DNA of 64,000 nucleotides, taken from Spirochaetales bacterium (lineage in GTDB: Bacteria; Spirochaetota; Spirochaetia; UBA9216). Below the pieces are notes generated by a model, which did not search any database, had not been told where the DNA came from, and was given only the letters and a program-made list of their open reading frames with translations. The position numbers and the translations under genes were made by a program. Shown one piece after another: positions 27,725-37,205 of this stretch. Every line of letters begins with the position of its first letter. The stretch's first letter is position 1. The DNA lies in assembly GCA_016839055.1 (NCBI GenBank), contig JAEKNX010000006.1, positions 242,864 to 306,863 of the forward strand, given 5' to 3'.

Positions 27725-29944
27725 TTAACTGATACCGAGTATTCTCTCAATCTCATAAATGGAAGAGTGCTCAAGCGCCGCATCGGCAATAATTTCGGCC
27801 TCTGTTATGCTGGTTTCTGAGATGATTCTCTGTGTCTGGTTGAGAAAGCTTGTTGAGACGCTGAATTGCCGTATGCCGATTCCGAGCAGAAACGGAAGAT
27901 ATTCCTTCTGATGGGCCATTTCACCGCAGATAGTGAGTTCAACATTGTGTTTTATGCAGGCTTCCGCTATCTGATTGAGGGCGCGGAGAACCGACGGGTT
28001 ATGCGGAACATAGTATTCACTCATTTTTTCATTATTCCTGTCCACTGCCAGCATGTACTGGACGAAATCATTAGATCCAATTGAAAGAAAATCCACTTCA
28101 TCGCAGAGGTGGTCGAGAATGCCCAGGAGCGAAGGAATTTCTATCATCGCGCCTATTTCAGGCATTATTGAAGGGATGCCACTCATCTGAAGATCCTCAT
28201 GGCATTCCTGCACAAGTACTCTGGCCGAACGCAATTCTTCCATCGTGGAGATCATCGGAAACATCAGCTTTATCTTCCTCTTCCCTGCGGCCCTGAGGAT
28301 TGCCCGGAGCTGCTGGCGAAAGACCGCTGGATTTTTCAGACAGAAGCGGATGGACCTTAGTCCAAGGAAGGGATTCTCCTCGGTGTAGTCCTTGTAATAT
28401 GAGAGAATTTTGTCTCCGCCGACATCAAGAGTCCTGAAGGTTATTGGTTTATCGGGGGCAAGCTCGATTACCTGCTTATAGACAGCATACTGCTCTTCCT
28501 CGGTTGGAAAACTGGAGCGCAGTAGGAACGGAAATTCTGTGCGGTACAGGCCTACCCCGCCGGCATTCATCCGCATCGCTTCCTCGAGATCCGGAATGAG
28601 ATTTATGTTTGTAAACAGGTTAACCCTTGTGCCGTCTCTCGATGTAATCAGATCAGGCAGCATCATTTCTTCAGGATTCGCCTGTCTGTCTGCCTGAATA
28701 CTCTGGAATTCCATGATAATTCTTTTTCCGGGATTTATACATAGTTTTCCGGTTTGGCCGTCTATGAGAATAGGGAGAGGCTTGTCTGTTTTAATAAGAT
28801 CGGGAAAATCGATTATGACCAGAGGCATTTTAAGAGATTGCGCGAGGATTGCGATGTGGGCCGTTATTCCACCGGTTACAAGGAGTATTCCGGCAGCCTT
28901 TTCCGAGGCGAGCATGAGCATGTCCGATGGGTACAGGCTTTTTGAGATAACAACCCTGCCCTCAACATTCACCGGCGCGCTGCTGTCGCCTATCATGTTT
29001 GAGAAAATTCTCTGAACAAGGTCTTCAAGGTCCTCGACCTTCTCTTTGACAAATGGATTCTCACTTTCCGAAAAAGCCTTTATATAGTTTTCAGTTACCG
29101 CGAGAAGGGCGGCGGGGGCGTTGTTTCCGTTGTTTATTCTTGTCTTTATCTCGGTTCTAAAGCTGTTGTCTTTCAGTATCAGCAGATGGGATGTGAATAT
29201 CAGCGAGGCGCTGTCGGAAAGATTTTCCTCGACGTTTTTCTGCAGTTCGAGAAGCTGCTCCTCAGTTTTTTCGATTGCCTTTTCGAGTTCGCCGAGGGTG
29301 TAGACCTTGTCGTATTTTATTCTTCTTAGTTCGGTGAAGCTGCGTTGCCGGTCCAGGGTGTAGCTGTCACCGAAGGCTGTGCCTGGGGCTCCGGCTATTC
29401 CCTGAAGGATTATCTGGGAGCTGAACTCGAGGGAATGTTGTCCCGGCTCAAGATATGAGTTTCTATTTCCGCTATAGAAAAGTTTGGCGTTTTCGAGAAT
29501 ATTCGCAAGTTGGGAGGTGAGTACTCTGATTACTCCCTCATCAATTATGCTAAACGGCCTTTTTGCCCGTTCCAGGTTCAGTACACCGACAGGAATACTT
29601 CCCCTCTGTATCGGGGCTGCCATTACAAGGCGTCTTTTGCTGCCGTATTCGATACTTCCTGAATCAATCGCTCTTCCGCAGACCCCCTGGCCTTTTCGGA
29701 TGTTCAGGCCGGTGAATTCGCCGTTTCGAAACGGGGCCTGATCGACGGTCTTCTCTGAGGCCATGAAGATAAGCTGTTCCGAACTTTCATCCCAGAGATA
29801 GATTGAACATCCTGTAATATTCATGTGTTTGTAAATTAAATCGATAATGCGTTTCAGGAAAGCATCGATATCTTCTGAATCATGAAAGAGCCAGTCCAGT
29901 TCGCTGAACTCGAAGAGCATGTGGTATCTATGTCTGAGAATCAT
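27725..29944 (-). CDS. ptsP: GAF-containing PEP-protein phosphotransferase (enzyme I-Ntr-like)
   Basis: N-terminal GAF; phospho-His TAHIAIL; GLYRTEF, RTLDVGGDK, EENPFLGLR, SIGSND, ICGEMA. Confidence 0.9.
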   Translation of the reverse strand: MILRHRYHMLFEFSELDWLFHDSEDIDAFLKRIIDLIYKHMNITGCSIYLWDESSEQLIFMASEKTVDQAPFRNGEFTGLNIRKGQGVCGRAIDSGSIEYGSKRRLVMAAPIQRGSIPVGVLNLERAKRPFSIIDEGVIRVLTSQLANILENAKLFYSGNRNSYLEPGQHSLEFSSQIILQGIAGAPGTAFGDSYTLDRQRSFTELRRIKYDKVYTLGELEKAIEKTEEQLLELQKNVEENLSDSASLIFTSHLLILKDNSFRTEIKTRINNGNNAPAALLAVTENYIKAFSESENPFVKEKVEDLEDLVQRIFSNMIGDSSAPVNVEGRVVISKSLYPSDMLMLASEKAAGILLVTGGITAHIAILAQSLKMPLVIIDFPDLIKTDKPLPILIDGQTGKLCINPGKRIIMEFQSIQADRQANPEEMMLPDLITSRDGTRVNLFTNINLIPDLEEAMRMNAGGVGLYRTEFPFLLRSSFPTEEEQYAVYKQVIELAPDKPITFRTLDVGGDKILSYYKDYTEENPFLGLRSIRFCLKNPAVFRQQLRAILRAAGKRKIKLMFPMISTMEELRSARVLVQECHEDLQMSGIPSIMPEIGAMIEIPSLLGILDHLCDEVDFLSIGSNDFVQYMLAVDRNNEKMSEYYVPHNPSVLRALNQIAEACIKHNVELTICGEMAHQKEYLPFLLGIGIRQFSVSTSFLNQTQRIISETSITEAEIIADAALEHSSIYEIERILGIS

Positions 29945-30022
29945 GATTTTAATATACTAAAGAAAGTTGTGAAATACTAACAAAAATAATGGAAAAAGCG
30001 CAGGGAGATTTTTGAAAGGGCC

Positions 30023-31297
30023 TTATTTAATAAAACCATCTGCAGCCCTTATGCCGCTGGCCCAGGCTGCCGTTATTCCCCTGCTTGTTCCTGCGCCGTC
30101 GCCGATGAGGTAGATATTTTTATAGGCCTGAAAATTATCATCAATAAAGCTGGGTTTATTTGCGTACAGTTTTATTTCCGGATAGTACATAATTGTACCG
30201 GGATGGAGTACTCCGGGAATGATGGTGTCGAGGGCTTTCATGGATTTCCAGATTCCGCGGAGTATCTTCGCCGGCATACAGAGGCTTATGTCGCCGGGCG
30301 TGCAGTTCGGCTGGGTCGGCCTGAAATTGTAGAGATCGTCATTGAACCCCTCGGCCTTGGAGCGCTTTCCCAGCCTGAAGTCGCCGACGCGCTGCATGAT
30401 TGGTTTTCCCCCTCCCATAAGCATAGCCTGCAGGCCGAGGTTTTCTGCGAATTCCTGCCCGCTTGCAAGCGGCTGGGTGAATTCTACCGTCTTGAGCATT
30501 GCGAAGTTGACGAGCCCGTTCGGTTTCTTCTCGCCGGAGAAGGCATGACCGTTCACGCTGTAATATGGCTTTCCGGCCGAGCTGTGATACTTCTCCATGA
30601 CGACATGGGCGGCTCCGCTGTTGGTGCAGAATGTTCTCACCTTGTCTGGAAATATGAACTTCGGATCATAATAGTCGCTTACGATGGGGTAGTTCTCCTG
30701 CTTTGTCTCGATTCTGACTCCGATATCAACTATGTGGTCGATGTAGGAAACATTTAAGCTGTCCATGATTGTTTGAAGAAACCTGAAACCCTGTCTGCCC
30801 GGGGCTATGATTAGGTGTTCATAGCCGAATGTTCCCCTGTCGGTAACAATCTGCCCGGAGTCAGGATTCACCGCAGTCAAGCAGTGCTCAAGCCTGATGT
30901 CTACCCCCAGATCGCCGAGCTTGGCAATCAATTTTTTAATAAGCTCAAGCCCGCCGTCTGTTCCGAGGTGGGTCTGCTTGATATCCAGAAGCGCGACACC
31001 GAGATTCTCTGCCCGCTTGAAGTAGGTAGAGATATTCCTTTTCTGAAGAATCTCCGGTTCAAGCTCTTTTATGACCAGTTCAAGATAGTTTTCCGCCTGA
31101 GTCCTGGTCCAGTTTTCAAGCGGGAATCCTATAGGGAAGGTGAAATTCATCTTGCAGTCATTTCGAAGGCCTCCGGTTGAGACCTTTTCCCGGTCAATCA
31201 TCAGAATCCTCATTTTCGGATTATGGCGTATCAGGCGAAAGGCAGCGCCGAGTCCGGCCGGGCCTGTGCCTCCAATAATAACATCGAATTTTTCCAA
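30023..31297 (-). CDS. FAD/NAD-dependent oxidoreductase (uncharacterised COG2509-like)
   Basis: GTGPAGL, HLGTD, VRTFCTN, VNGH, PEIKLY, GDGAGTSRGI; TTG start with GGAGG RBS. Confidence 0.82.
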   Translation of the reverse strand: MEKFDVIIGGTGPAGLGAAFRLIRHNPKMRILMIDREKVSTGGLRNDCKMNFTFPIGFPLENWTRTQAENYLELVIKELEPEILQKRNISTYFKRAENLGVALLDIKQTHLGTDGGLELIKKLIAKLGDLGVDIRLEHCLTAVNPDSGQIVTDRGTFGYEHLIIAPGRQGFRFLQTIMDSLNVSYIDHIVDIGVRIETKQENYPIVSDYYDPKFIFPDKVRTFCTNSGAAHVVMEKYHSSAGKPYYSVNGHAFSGEKKPNGLVNFAMLKTVEFTQPLASGQEFAENLGLQAMLMGGGKPIMQRVGDFRLGKRSKAEGFNDDLYNFRPTQPNCTPGDISLCMPAKILRGIWKSMKALDTIIPGVLHPGTIMYYPEIKLYANKPSFIDDNFQAYKNIYLIGDGAGTSRGITAAWASGIRAADGFIK

Positions 31298-31338
31298 AAG
31301 ATCCTCCGTTGTTGTCTAAAAAATATTGTTAATGTTTA

Positions 31339-32679
31339 TCAGAGCTTCGGCAATGTGTAGTCAGGGAAGAACTCATAGGAGAGGCTGTCTTTTGTCCTGG
31401 TGAGTCCGGTGCTATTGACCTCCACATCCATCTCAACGCTCTGGTAACCATTCTTTGATATGGTGATGTGGTACAGCCCTTCTCCCGTCAGAAACCGGAA
31501 TGACCCGTCTTTAGCCGAATTGCCGGCAAGTTTATTATACTCTTTGGCAATAAAGGCTCTCGAGGCTGCCCCGGTGTAATCAAGGCTTATGACCGCGTCT
31601 TCTACAGGGCTGAGGTTTGAGTCAATGATGATTCCGCCGCTGCCGAGTTCTGCTTTTTTAATTAATTCGAGCATCGCTGCCTTATGAGAGCTCCATGTCT
31701 CGTCGAGAAGATAGCTGTCATCGGTGGTGAAATTTTGAGCTCCGTAGAGTTCTATTGTATAGGACACCGCGCCTGAGGTTCCCATTGCCCAGTCGGCCAT
31801 GGAGCCGTTCATCAGGTACCAGTCTCCGCCCTCTTCGTAATGGAAATAATTATTGAAAGGGTAGGGGTTGTTATTTGAAACGGTGTCGGCATAGCTGCTG
31901 CCAATAGTCTTTATGATCTGGTAATTTGGAAGGTAGGTTTCGATAAAATCTGAAGTAGTAGAATCAATCGCGTCCCAGGGGGCATAGATTCCGATATTAC
32001 TTGTATATGCCGCGGTATGAAGGTTAATCGCGAGGCTGTAACCTTCTTCGGTGAAATCGTCTCTGACCGCGGCGCTTTCGGCCTGATCAAAGGCCGCCTC
32101 ACCGTTATTGAACTCACTCTCATCCCAGTTGTAGCCGAAGTTTCTGTTTAGATCCACATAGTTTGAGTTAAGCCTCTCGCCTGATGCTAGCCCGTCCGGA
32201 TTAATGGCGGGCAGGATGTGGATTTTAAAATTTTCTATAAGATAACCTGCCTGTTCCACTTCGGCCTCTGAGAATATAGTCTGATCCGGGTCCGGATTAA
32301 GGTAATAATCATAAGCGGTGAGCAGGTGCTCGATTAGCTTCAGGCAGATTCCAGCTGATAGCTGTTCATCCCCGTGAATTGCACCGTTTATCAGTACTGC
32401 CGGCTCTTCTTCACTGTAGGATGGAGAATCTGATAATTCAATTACGTAGATAGGCCGTCCGTCTTCGGAGCTGCCGATATTCCTGAGGTTGGTGAATTGT
32501 GGATATTCGCCCCACACCCATTCTAGATAGGTTTCAACTCCGTCAGGATCACAGAAACAGCTTCCGGGGCTCGGCGGGTTGCCGAAGTCCTTGGCGTCAC
32601 CAATGCCTCCGCTGCATGAGAGGCTGAAAACGAGAATTATCAGGACAATGAGGGTTGGAACTATATGCTTATTCCTCAT
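31339..32679 (-). CDS. M14 zinc carboxypeptidase lipoprotein
   Basis: Lipobox FSLSC; AIHGDE, NPDG, RLNSNYVDLNRNF, INLH, GSMADW, YTIEL. Confidence 0.88.
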   Translation of the reverse strand: MRNKHIVPTLIVLIILVFSLSCSGGIGDAKDFGNPPSPGSCFCDPDGVETYLEWVWGEYPQFTNLRNIGSSEDGRPIYVIELSDSPSYSEEEPAVLINGAIHGDEQLSAGICLKLIEHLLTAYDYYLNPDPDQTIFSEAEVEQAGYLIENFKIHILPAINPDGLASGERLNSNYVDLNRNFGYNWDESEFNNGEAAFDQAESAAVRDDFTEEGYSLAINLHTAAYTSNIGIYAPWDAIDSTTSDFIETYLPNYQIIKTIGSSYADTVSNNNPYPFNNYFHYEEGGDWYLMNGSMADWAMGTSGAVSYTIELYGAQNFTTDDSYLLDETWSSHKAAMLELIKKAELGSGGIIIDSNLSPVEDAVISLDYTGAASRAFIAKEYNKLAGNSAKDGSFRFLTGEGLYHITISKNGYQSVEMDVEVNSTGLTRTKDSLSYEFFPDYTLPKL

Positions 32680-32764
32680 ACTATAGATGATACTGCTCCG
32701 GGACGCAAAATTCAAGTCCAGCTTGTTCTTGACCCCAATTCATAAAAGTTTTACCATGAGTAAT

Positions 32765-33406
32765 ATGGATACATTAATCAGAAAACCATTCAGATATACT
32801 TTTACAAATATGTCTTTCATCCTGATCGGAATAAATCTCCTTGTTTTCATGCTTAACATGATATTTCCGAAATCGCTTTACTATCTTGCAATGATTCCGT
32901 CCTTCGTTCTTAACGGAATGGTATGGCAGTTTCTAACATACATGTTTGTGCATTCGGGAATTTCTCATATCGCATTTAATATGCTGGCCCTCTTTTTCTT
33001 CGGTCAGGCGGTTGAGCGGAGGATTGGAAGCCGTGAGTTTCTGCTGTTTTATCTGCTGACAGGTACTCTGGCCGGAATCTTTTCATTTATTGTGTATTTT
33101 TTCACCGGCTCAAACGTGATTCTCCTCGGTGCATCGGGTGCCGTCTACGCGGTTCTTTTTGCGTATGCCGTATATTTTCCCGATTCAAAAATATTTATTT
33201 TTGGAATTCTCCCTGTCAAGGCGCCTAAGCTTGTGCTTATCTATACAGCGATAGCGCTGTTTTCACAGATTTCCAGTCTCAGGGGCGGGGTTGCGCATCT
33301 GACCCACCTTGCCGGTTTTGTCTTTGCCTTTTTATATTTCATTGTCCGGCTTGGAATTAATCCTATAGATGTATTTCGGGGAAAAAACAGGAATGGATGG
33401 AATTGA
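32765..33406 (+). CDS. Rhomboid family intramembrane serine protease (start 32756 or 32765)
   Basis: WQFLTYMFVH, HIAFNM, GASG, AHLTHLAG. Confidence 0.9.
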   Translation: MDTLIRKPFRYTFTNMSFILIGINLLVFMLNMIFPKSLYYLAMIPSFVLNGMVWQFLTYMFVHSGISHIAFNMLALFFFGQAVERRIGSREFLLFYLLTGTLAGIFSFIVYFFTGSNVILLGASGAVYAVLFAYAVYFPDSKIFIFGILPVKAPKLVLIYTAIALFSQISSLRGGVAHLTHLAGFVFAFLYFIVRLGINPIDVFRGKNRNGWN

Positions 33407-33409
33407 CGA

Positions 33410-34090
33410 GTGACAAGGAAATTTCCTCCAATAATCTTGTTTCTGACTGTTTTCGCGGTACTAGGCCATTCATACAGTGACCCGGAATGGGATCCGGTTG
33501 TCTACAGCGGTACTTTTTTTGTACTGCTGGAGGACTCGGACCCTCTTGACCCCCATCTCTACGATGAGGATGAGGCAATAACGAGGCTTCTCGAAGAAGC
33601 CCGCTGGGTTTTTTCCTCGATGATCTACGGATTCCGGTTTGAATATGTTCCGTCTGACGTGGCAAGAGCGGTGGAAGAAGAGTTTCGCCTTGATCAGGTA
33701 CATCAGATTCCATGGGGAGATCCCGGACTCTCGGTTTCAGGCGGAAGATATGAAGGCGGTATCTACTACGCGGACATATCATATAAGGTGAATGAGGATC
33801 AGATTCCATGGGTGCATAGCTGGGAGACTAATATCCTGAGCGACATCATAAGCAGCGGAGGGGGCTCCCTGTTTTCAGGACTCGATGGGAAGATTGAATC
33901 AATCCGAAATACTGTTAAGCAGGCTCTGCGTGATTATCTCCGGCCGCGCATCTATGATAAGCCTCGGAAGGTGAGCGGTACTGGCCGGCTTTCTTCGGTT
34001 CCCACCTATGCGATGACGGCGGGAGAATACCGCTGCAAGGCCGGGGTCACCATTGATTTTGACGAAATTCTCGAATACAGGATATACTGA
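33410..34090 (+). CDS. Hypothetical exported protein
   Basis: 226-aa ORF with a signal-like N-terminus, 3 bp after the rhomboid gene. Confidence 0.7.
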   Translation: MTRKFPPIILFLTVFAVLGHSYSDPEWDPVVYSGTFFVLLEDSDPLDPHLYDEDEAITRLLEEARWVFSSMIYGFRFEYVPSDVARAVEEEFRLDQVHQIPWGDPGLSVSGGRYEGGIYYADISYKVNEDQIPWVHSWETNILSDIISSGGGSLFSGLDGKIESIRNTVKQALRDYLRPRIYDKPRKVSGTGRLSSVPTYAMTAGEYRCKAGVTIDFDEILEYRIY

Positions 34091-34211
34091 CATTGAATAC
34101 TTCCGGATACTTTAAATGCTTCTGCAGCGGAGAATGCTGTAGAAGCGACAGGTGCGTTTGTCTCTATCTCGAAGAACAGATGATACAGGAAATGTACTAC
34201 AGGAAAGCAAG

Positions 34212-35225
34212 GTGTATTCATTAAGAGCTACGACGGGTAGAGATCTCGTCTTTCAGAGTAACGGAAAGTGGCTCTATCCTCTATTTGAACTGGAAGAACA
34301 TATTAAAAGGCATTGTATAACTCCCGGGGATATTTATCTTGAAGACAAGATTGCCGGACGTGCCGCGGCTTCCCTGATGATCAGGATGGGTATAAAGAGG
34401 GTTAGAATAAGGCTCCTCAGCCGTTACGCTCTCGATCTGTTTGAAAAACATGATGTAAACTGCAGCTATGATAAGCTTGTCGACAAAATTGATTGTCGCA
34501 CCGAAGACCTCATCACGGCAGGGATGTCGATAGATGATACTTATAGATTCTTAAGAAAGCGGGCGGGATTTATTGCGGGACTTTCTCTGAAGATTGATAA
34601 TATAACCGCCGGCTATGACGGCAGGGATGTACTTTCCGGATTGTCGCTTGAGCTCGAAGCGGGCGGACAGCTTATTGTTACAGGAGAGAACGGGAGCGGG
34701 AAATCAACTCTGCTCAGGGCCGTTCTCGGACTTGTTCCGGTTAGGGCAGGTGCGGTACTGATAGACGGAAAGCCCGCCCTGACCGAAGTCGCGGGAGGGA
34801 AGGCGGCCTATCTGAACCAGATAGACAATTCAAACAGAGACCCCGTATCGGCTGAAGAGGTTGTCCGCATAGGTTTTGCTTCAAAACGTCTCCGGAAGGA
34901 TGAGGCGGACTATAAGCTTGAACTCGCGATGCGCAGGACCGGATGTTTCGACCTTGCCGCACGCGATTTTCATGAGCTCTCGGGAGGTGAAAAGCAGAAG
35001 GTCTCTCTATCCAGATGTCTCTGTCAAGAACCCGGCATTTTTTTGATGGATGAGCCTACGTCATTTCTCGATTCCGGGGCCAACCGGGAGTTTGTATCCA
35101 TTCTCGGAGAACTTCTACTCGTTGAGATGCCGACGATCATCATAGTAAGCCATGACCGCGGTTTGATAGGGTCTATCGGCTGGTCTGTAAAACATCTATC
35201 AGGCGGACGGCTGTCAGATGATTAG
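34212..35225 (+). CDS. DUF1893 (TM1506-like) domain fused to a Zn/Mn-type ABC ATPase (start uncertain, 34152-34212)
   Basis: N-terminal DKIAGRAAASLM...LSRYALDLFEKH...CRTE resembles TM1506; C-terminal GENGSGKST, LSGGEKQK, MDEP, VSHD. Confidence 0.75.
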   Translation: MYSLRATTGRDLVFQSNGKWLYPLFELEEHIKRHCITPGDIYLEDKIAGRAAASLMIRMGIKRVRIRLLSRYALDLFEKHDVNCSYDKLVDKIDCRTEDLITAGMSIDDTYRFLRKRAGFIAGLSLKIDNITAGYDGRDVLSGLSLELEAGGQLIVTGENGSGKSTLLRAVLGLVPVRAGAVLIDGKPALTEVAGGKAAYLNQIDNSNRDPVSAEEVVRIGFASKRLRKDEADYKLELAMRRTGCFDLAARDFHELSGGEKQKVSLSRCLCQEPGIFLMDEPTSFLDSGANREFVSILGELLLVEMPTIIIVSHDRGLIGSIGWSVKHLSGGRLSDD

Positions 35226-36030
35226 TTCCATGCTTGAAATAATCCTTCTCCCGCCTGTTATGAAGGGCTTTATCTCGCTCATGGTCGTTTCAGCCGTTTT
35301 TCCGATTTCCGGGGTCATGATTCTCCGGATGAATCTGCTGCAGATGAGGTTTATGCTGACCCACGGTGTTATCCTCGGCGGAGCCCTCTCGTTGGTTATA
35401 GGCGCGCCTCAGCTGCCGGTAATCATTGCTGTCAACCTTCTTGTTGTACTGCTGCTTATTAAGCTGTCGGATGATGATTCTGGAAATCCGGGAAGGATAA
35501 GCGTTTTACTCATGGTTCTTACTATCGGTCTCGCCGGAATTTTGATGCACAAGTTCAAGGTTGCAGCCCGTGATACCCTTTCGATTCTCTGGGGCAGTCC
35601 ATTTACCCTGAATGTCTCGGATATGATTATCATTTTGTTTATCGCCGCCGTCCTGCTTATTTATGCAATTGCCGGATTCAGTAGAATGAACGCGGTGTTC
35701 TTTAATGCAGATCTGGCGCAGAGCGCCGGTGTGAATGTCCGTCTGCACCGAACTATGATAATTATTATTATTTCTCTAACAACCGCGGCGGCTATCAAGC
35801 TTATGGGGGCTTTACTCGTGGATGCTCTGATTATTCTGCCGGCCTTCATTGCCGCATCATTCTCGGGCAGTCTGAAAAAATCATTGATTAATGCCTCGCT
35901 TTTAGGCGCGGTATTCGGTTTCGGCGGGTTTTACCTGTCTGTTCAATTTGATCTGCCTCTGAGCGGCAGTATTTCAATCCTCGGCGGAGCAGCCTACCTA
36001 TTAGTGCGGCTTAGAAGGAAGAGTTTATGA
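35218..36030 (+). CDS. Metal ABC transporter permease (ZnuB/TroCD-like)
   Basis: Multi-TM; LTHGVILG, ILWGS, FNADLAQSAGVN, MGALLVDALIILPA. Confidence 0.85.
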   Translation: MISSMLEIILLPPVMKGFISLMVVSAVFPISGVMILRMNLLQMRFMLTHGVILGGALSLVIGAPQLPVIIAVNLLVVLLLIKLSDDDSGNPGRISVLLMVLTIGLAGILMHKFKVAARDTLSILWGSPFTLNVSDMIIILFIAAVLLIYAIAGFSRMNAVFFNADLAQSAGVNVRLHRTMIIIIISLTTAAAIKLMGALLVDALIILPAFIAASFSGSLKKSLINASLLGAVFGFGGFYLSVQFDLPLSGSISILGGAAYLLVRLRRKSL

Positions 36031-36797
36031 GATTACAAAAGAAAATAGGGGGAACTTTTACTGCCCTCCTGATTTTATTTATCAGTGTTTCTGCAGGAAC
36101 CGCCGATGCGGAATCAATTATTGCCACCACCAGCTGGACAGCGGCATTCGCCCTGGCTGCAGGAGCCGAATATGTTGCGGTACTTGCCCCTGCGGAGATG
36201 CTGCATCCATCCGAGTATGAACTGACGCCGGCTGATATATTGAAGCTGAAAAAGGCTGATCTGATAATATATGCAGGTTACGAGGTCATGGTAGGGGCGC
36301 TGAAAGAGAGTCTTGGTATTCCTGAAGAAAAATTACTGCAGATTGAAACCAGGCATGATATAAAGACAATAGAGCAATCGCTCATGAAAATAGGACATAG
36401 GCTCGGAACAGTCTCTGAAGCCGAAAAAAATATATCCGATATCACGAAGGTAATTATCGCCGGGCGCGAATCACTATCGGGGGCGGGTATAGTGAAAAGC
36501 AGCACCTGGGTTCATTCTTTTCAGCGGCCACTGGCCGGAAGTCTCGGCCTTGGTTTTTCATATGCCTTCGGTCCGCAGCCTCTGACCGCTGTTGAAATAG
36601 CGGGTGCCGGGAAGCAGGAGGTGAAGCTGGTGATCGACAATGTGCACAATCCCGTCTCGGGACCTCTAAGCGCCGCCTTTCCGGATGTTAAAACGGCGGT
36701 CTGGAGGAATTTTCCTGAGGTTCTGTCTGATTCTGCATTAAAGGATGTTATCAGCGGAAACATTGAAAGGCTGAAAATACTCTATGGTGTTGAATAA
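36027..36797 (+). CDS. Metal ABC substrate-binding protein (ZnuA/TroA-like, short)
   Basis: Signal peptide; HPSEYELTPADILKLKKADLIIYAGYE motif. Confidence 0.75.
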   Translation: MRLQKKIGGTFTALLILFISVSAGTADAESIIATTSWTAAFALAAGAEYVAVLAPAEMLHPSEYELTPADILKLKKADLIIYAGYEVMVGALKESLGIPEEKLLQIETRHDIKTIEQSLMKIGHRLGTVSEAEKNISDITKVIIAGRESLSGAGIVKSSTWVHSFQRPLAGSLGLGFSYAFGPQPLTAVEIAGAGKQEVKLVIDNVHNPVSGPLSAAFPDVKTAVWRNFPEVLSDSALKDVISGNIERLKILYGVE

Positions 36798-36803
36798 GAA
36801 AGC

Positions 36804-37205
36804 GTGGCTGATTATAAAGAGATAGGAGTAATTCCTTATTATTATAAAAACAACTCTTACAGGTTTGTTCTCGTAACAAGCAGGAAGAAACCGTCCTCCT
36901 GGATCTTTCCGAAGGGCCAGCCTGAAGATGAGCGGACAGACCGGGAAATTGCCATTAACGAGGCTTTTGAGGAGGCCGGAGTAATCGGTACTATTCAGGG
37001 TAAGGCCATTAAGGTGACAGTCCAGGAGAAGAATCGCTTGGTTCTCTATAAGCTTTATCCTTTCAAAATCAGCCGAATCTGTCAGATGTGGCCGGAACGA
37101 AAGCTTCGGCGGCGGTGTTTTCTCCGGCCCGAGAATGCGCTGAAAGAGCTTCGCAGGAAGCCCTATGCCCAGGCTCTTTCGCTTTTCCTGGACGAGAGGC
37201 GCTGA
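36804..37205 (+). CDS. NUDIX hydrolase (Ap6A/diphosphoinositol-polyphosphate phosphohydrolase-like)
   Basis: LVTSRK, WIFPKG, NUDIX box AINEAFEEAGV, WPE. Confidence 0.85.
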   Translation: MADYKEIGVIPYYYKNNSYRFVLVTSRKKPSSWIFPKGQPEDERTDREIAINEAFEEAGVIGTIQGKAIKVTVQEKNRLVLYKLYPFKISRICQMWPERKLRRRCFLRPENALKELRRKPYAQALSLFLDERR

